Positions 45,736 through 46,168 of a DNA stretch of 46,168 nt are shown here, piece by piece. A model generated the notes under the pieces. The model was not told the origin of the DNA. It was given only the letters and a program-made list of their open reading frames with translations, and searched no databases. The stretch is from Candidatus Dojkabacteria bacterium. Lineage in GTDB: Bacteria; Patescibacteriota; Dojkabacteria; SC72. Each line of letters begins with the position of its first letter. Position 1 is the stretch's first letter. A program made the translations under genes and the position numbers. The DNA lies in the NCBI GenBank assembly GCA_012513575.1, contig JAAZBX010000010.1, positions 1 through 46,168 on the forward strand. Direction: 5' to 3'.

Positions 45736-45948
45736 TTATTTCTGATTCTTTAGCATCTCTTGGGCTTTAGGTGAATCCACAGGAATCATTGATTGGCTCT
45801 TACATTTGGGGCATTCATGTACCTGATTCCCTAATCTCCAAATTGAATATATTAATCCAGGGACAATAAATGTTAACCAAAGAATTATCTCAATCCAAAA
45901 ACTCCCTTTAAGTATCTTTTTTGCTGGGCCGGAGTATCCGCAAGTAAT
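45736..45948 (-). CDS. Small Zn-binding membrane protein, LITAF-like architecture; no canonical start (possibly 5'-damaged)
   Basis: The minus frame reads (I)TCGYSGPAKKILKGSFWIEIILWLTFIVPGLIYSIWRLGNQVHECPKCKSQSMIPVDSPKAQEMLKNQK*. Only ATT codons (45960, 45948) lie between it and an upstream in-frame TAA. Confidence 0.6.
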   Translation of the reverse strand: MTCGYSGPAKKILKGSFWIEIILWLTFIVPGLIYSIWRLGNQVHECPKCKSQSMIPVDSPKAQEMLKNQK

Positions 45949-45955
45949 CCTTGTT

Positions 45956-46168
45956 CTAATCTTTTATTGGAGCTAACCCTTTTAAATATCCATAAAGAGC
46001 ACTGATTTCAGATGATCTCTCTGTTAATCCAGGTCTTCTATTTACTTCCAAAACATAGTTCTTGTTTGTACGATTATCTGTAACAACATCAACACCTGCC
46101 CAGTTAAGTTTTAATGCGTGTGAAGCTCCTACTGCTATATCTAAGACATCTAGAGGTGTATTCTCTAT
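45956..46168 (-). CDS. RimK/LysX-type ATP-grasp ligase, C-terminal fragment (gene continues beyond the window)
   Basis: IENTPLDVLDIAVGASHALKLNWAGVDVV...NYVLEVNRRPGL...APIKD* carries the ATP-grasp AGVD and LEVN..PG motifs. Confidence 0.8.
   Translation of the reverse strand: MENTPLDVLDIAVGASHALKLNWAGVDVVTDNRTNKNYVLEVNRRPGLTERSSEISALYGYLKGLAPIKD

Noticed and set aside
1-46168. CRISPR array, rRNA, transposase or integrase
   Set aside because: No regularly spaced direct repeats, rRNA-like segments, or DDE, tyrosine or serine recombinase motifs were seen.
1-46168. Alternative genetic code (TGA=Gly, as in Gracilibacteria/SR1)
   Set aside because: Long conserved genes are complete under code 11, and TGA ends genes at natural C-termini (e.g. 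elp3, dcd paralogue B, the ClpP-like core).

Overview
AT-rich, gene-dense bacterial DNA read in genetic code 11 (TGA acts as a stop). Gene content and style suggest a Patescibacteria/CPR-type organism; this is inference, since no rRNA or taxonomic marker was checked. About 1-17 kb is a surface-glycan locus. It holds a nucleotide-sugar dehydrogenase, a DPM-like GT2, an internally deleted UDP-GlcNAc 2-epimerase, a methyltransferase, a UPF0104 flippase-like protein, a YfhO/GT-C protein, further GT2/GT4 enzymes, a coupled methyltransferase plus kinase-like/coiled-coil gene pair, and a complete dTDP-rhamnose (rfbBACD) set. About 17-46 kb is mixed housekeeping and accessory DNA: an M23 peptidase, secA, a Zn-ribbon/acidic protein, a frameshifted ClpP-like gene, two GT4s with a sugar phosphotransferase, recO, a large Ig/FN3 surface protein, tRNA-Lys(CTT), Elp3, ndk, UDG4, two coupled dCTP-deaminase paralogues, a GH-A hydrolase, proS, an amidohydrolase, an Excalibur protein, an S66 peptidase, mnmA, a MacB-type ABC transporter and a partial RimK-like ligase. 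Most notable observations: (1) a ~110-nt tRNA-like RNA with its own promoter just after tRNA-Lys; (2) two dcd paralogues with complementary active-site losses; (3) a split WbdD-like glycan chain-terminator module; (4) a -1 frameshift in the ClpP-like gene; (5) widespread leaderless promoter architecture; (6) two small genes missed by the ORF track. No CRISPR array, rRNA, transposase or integrase was seen.
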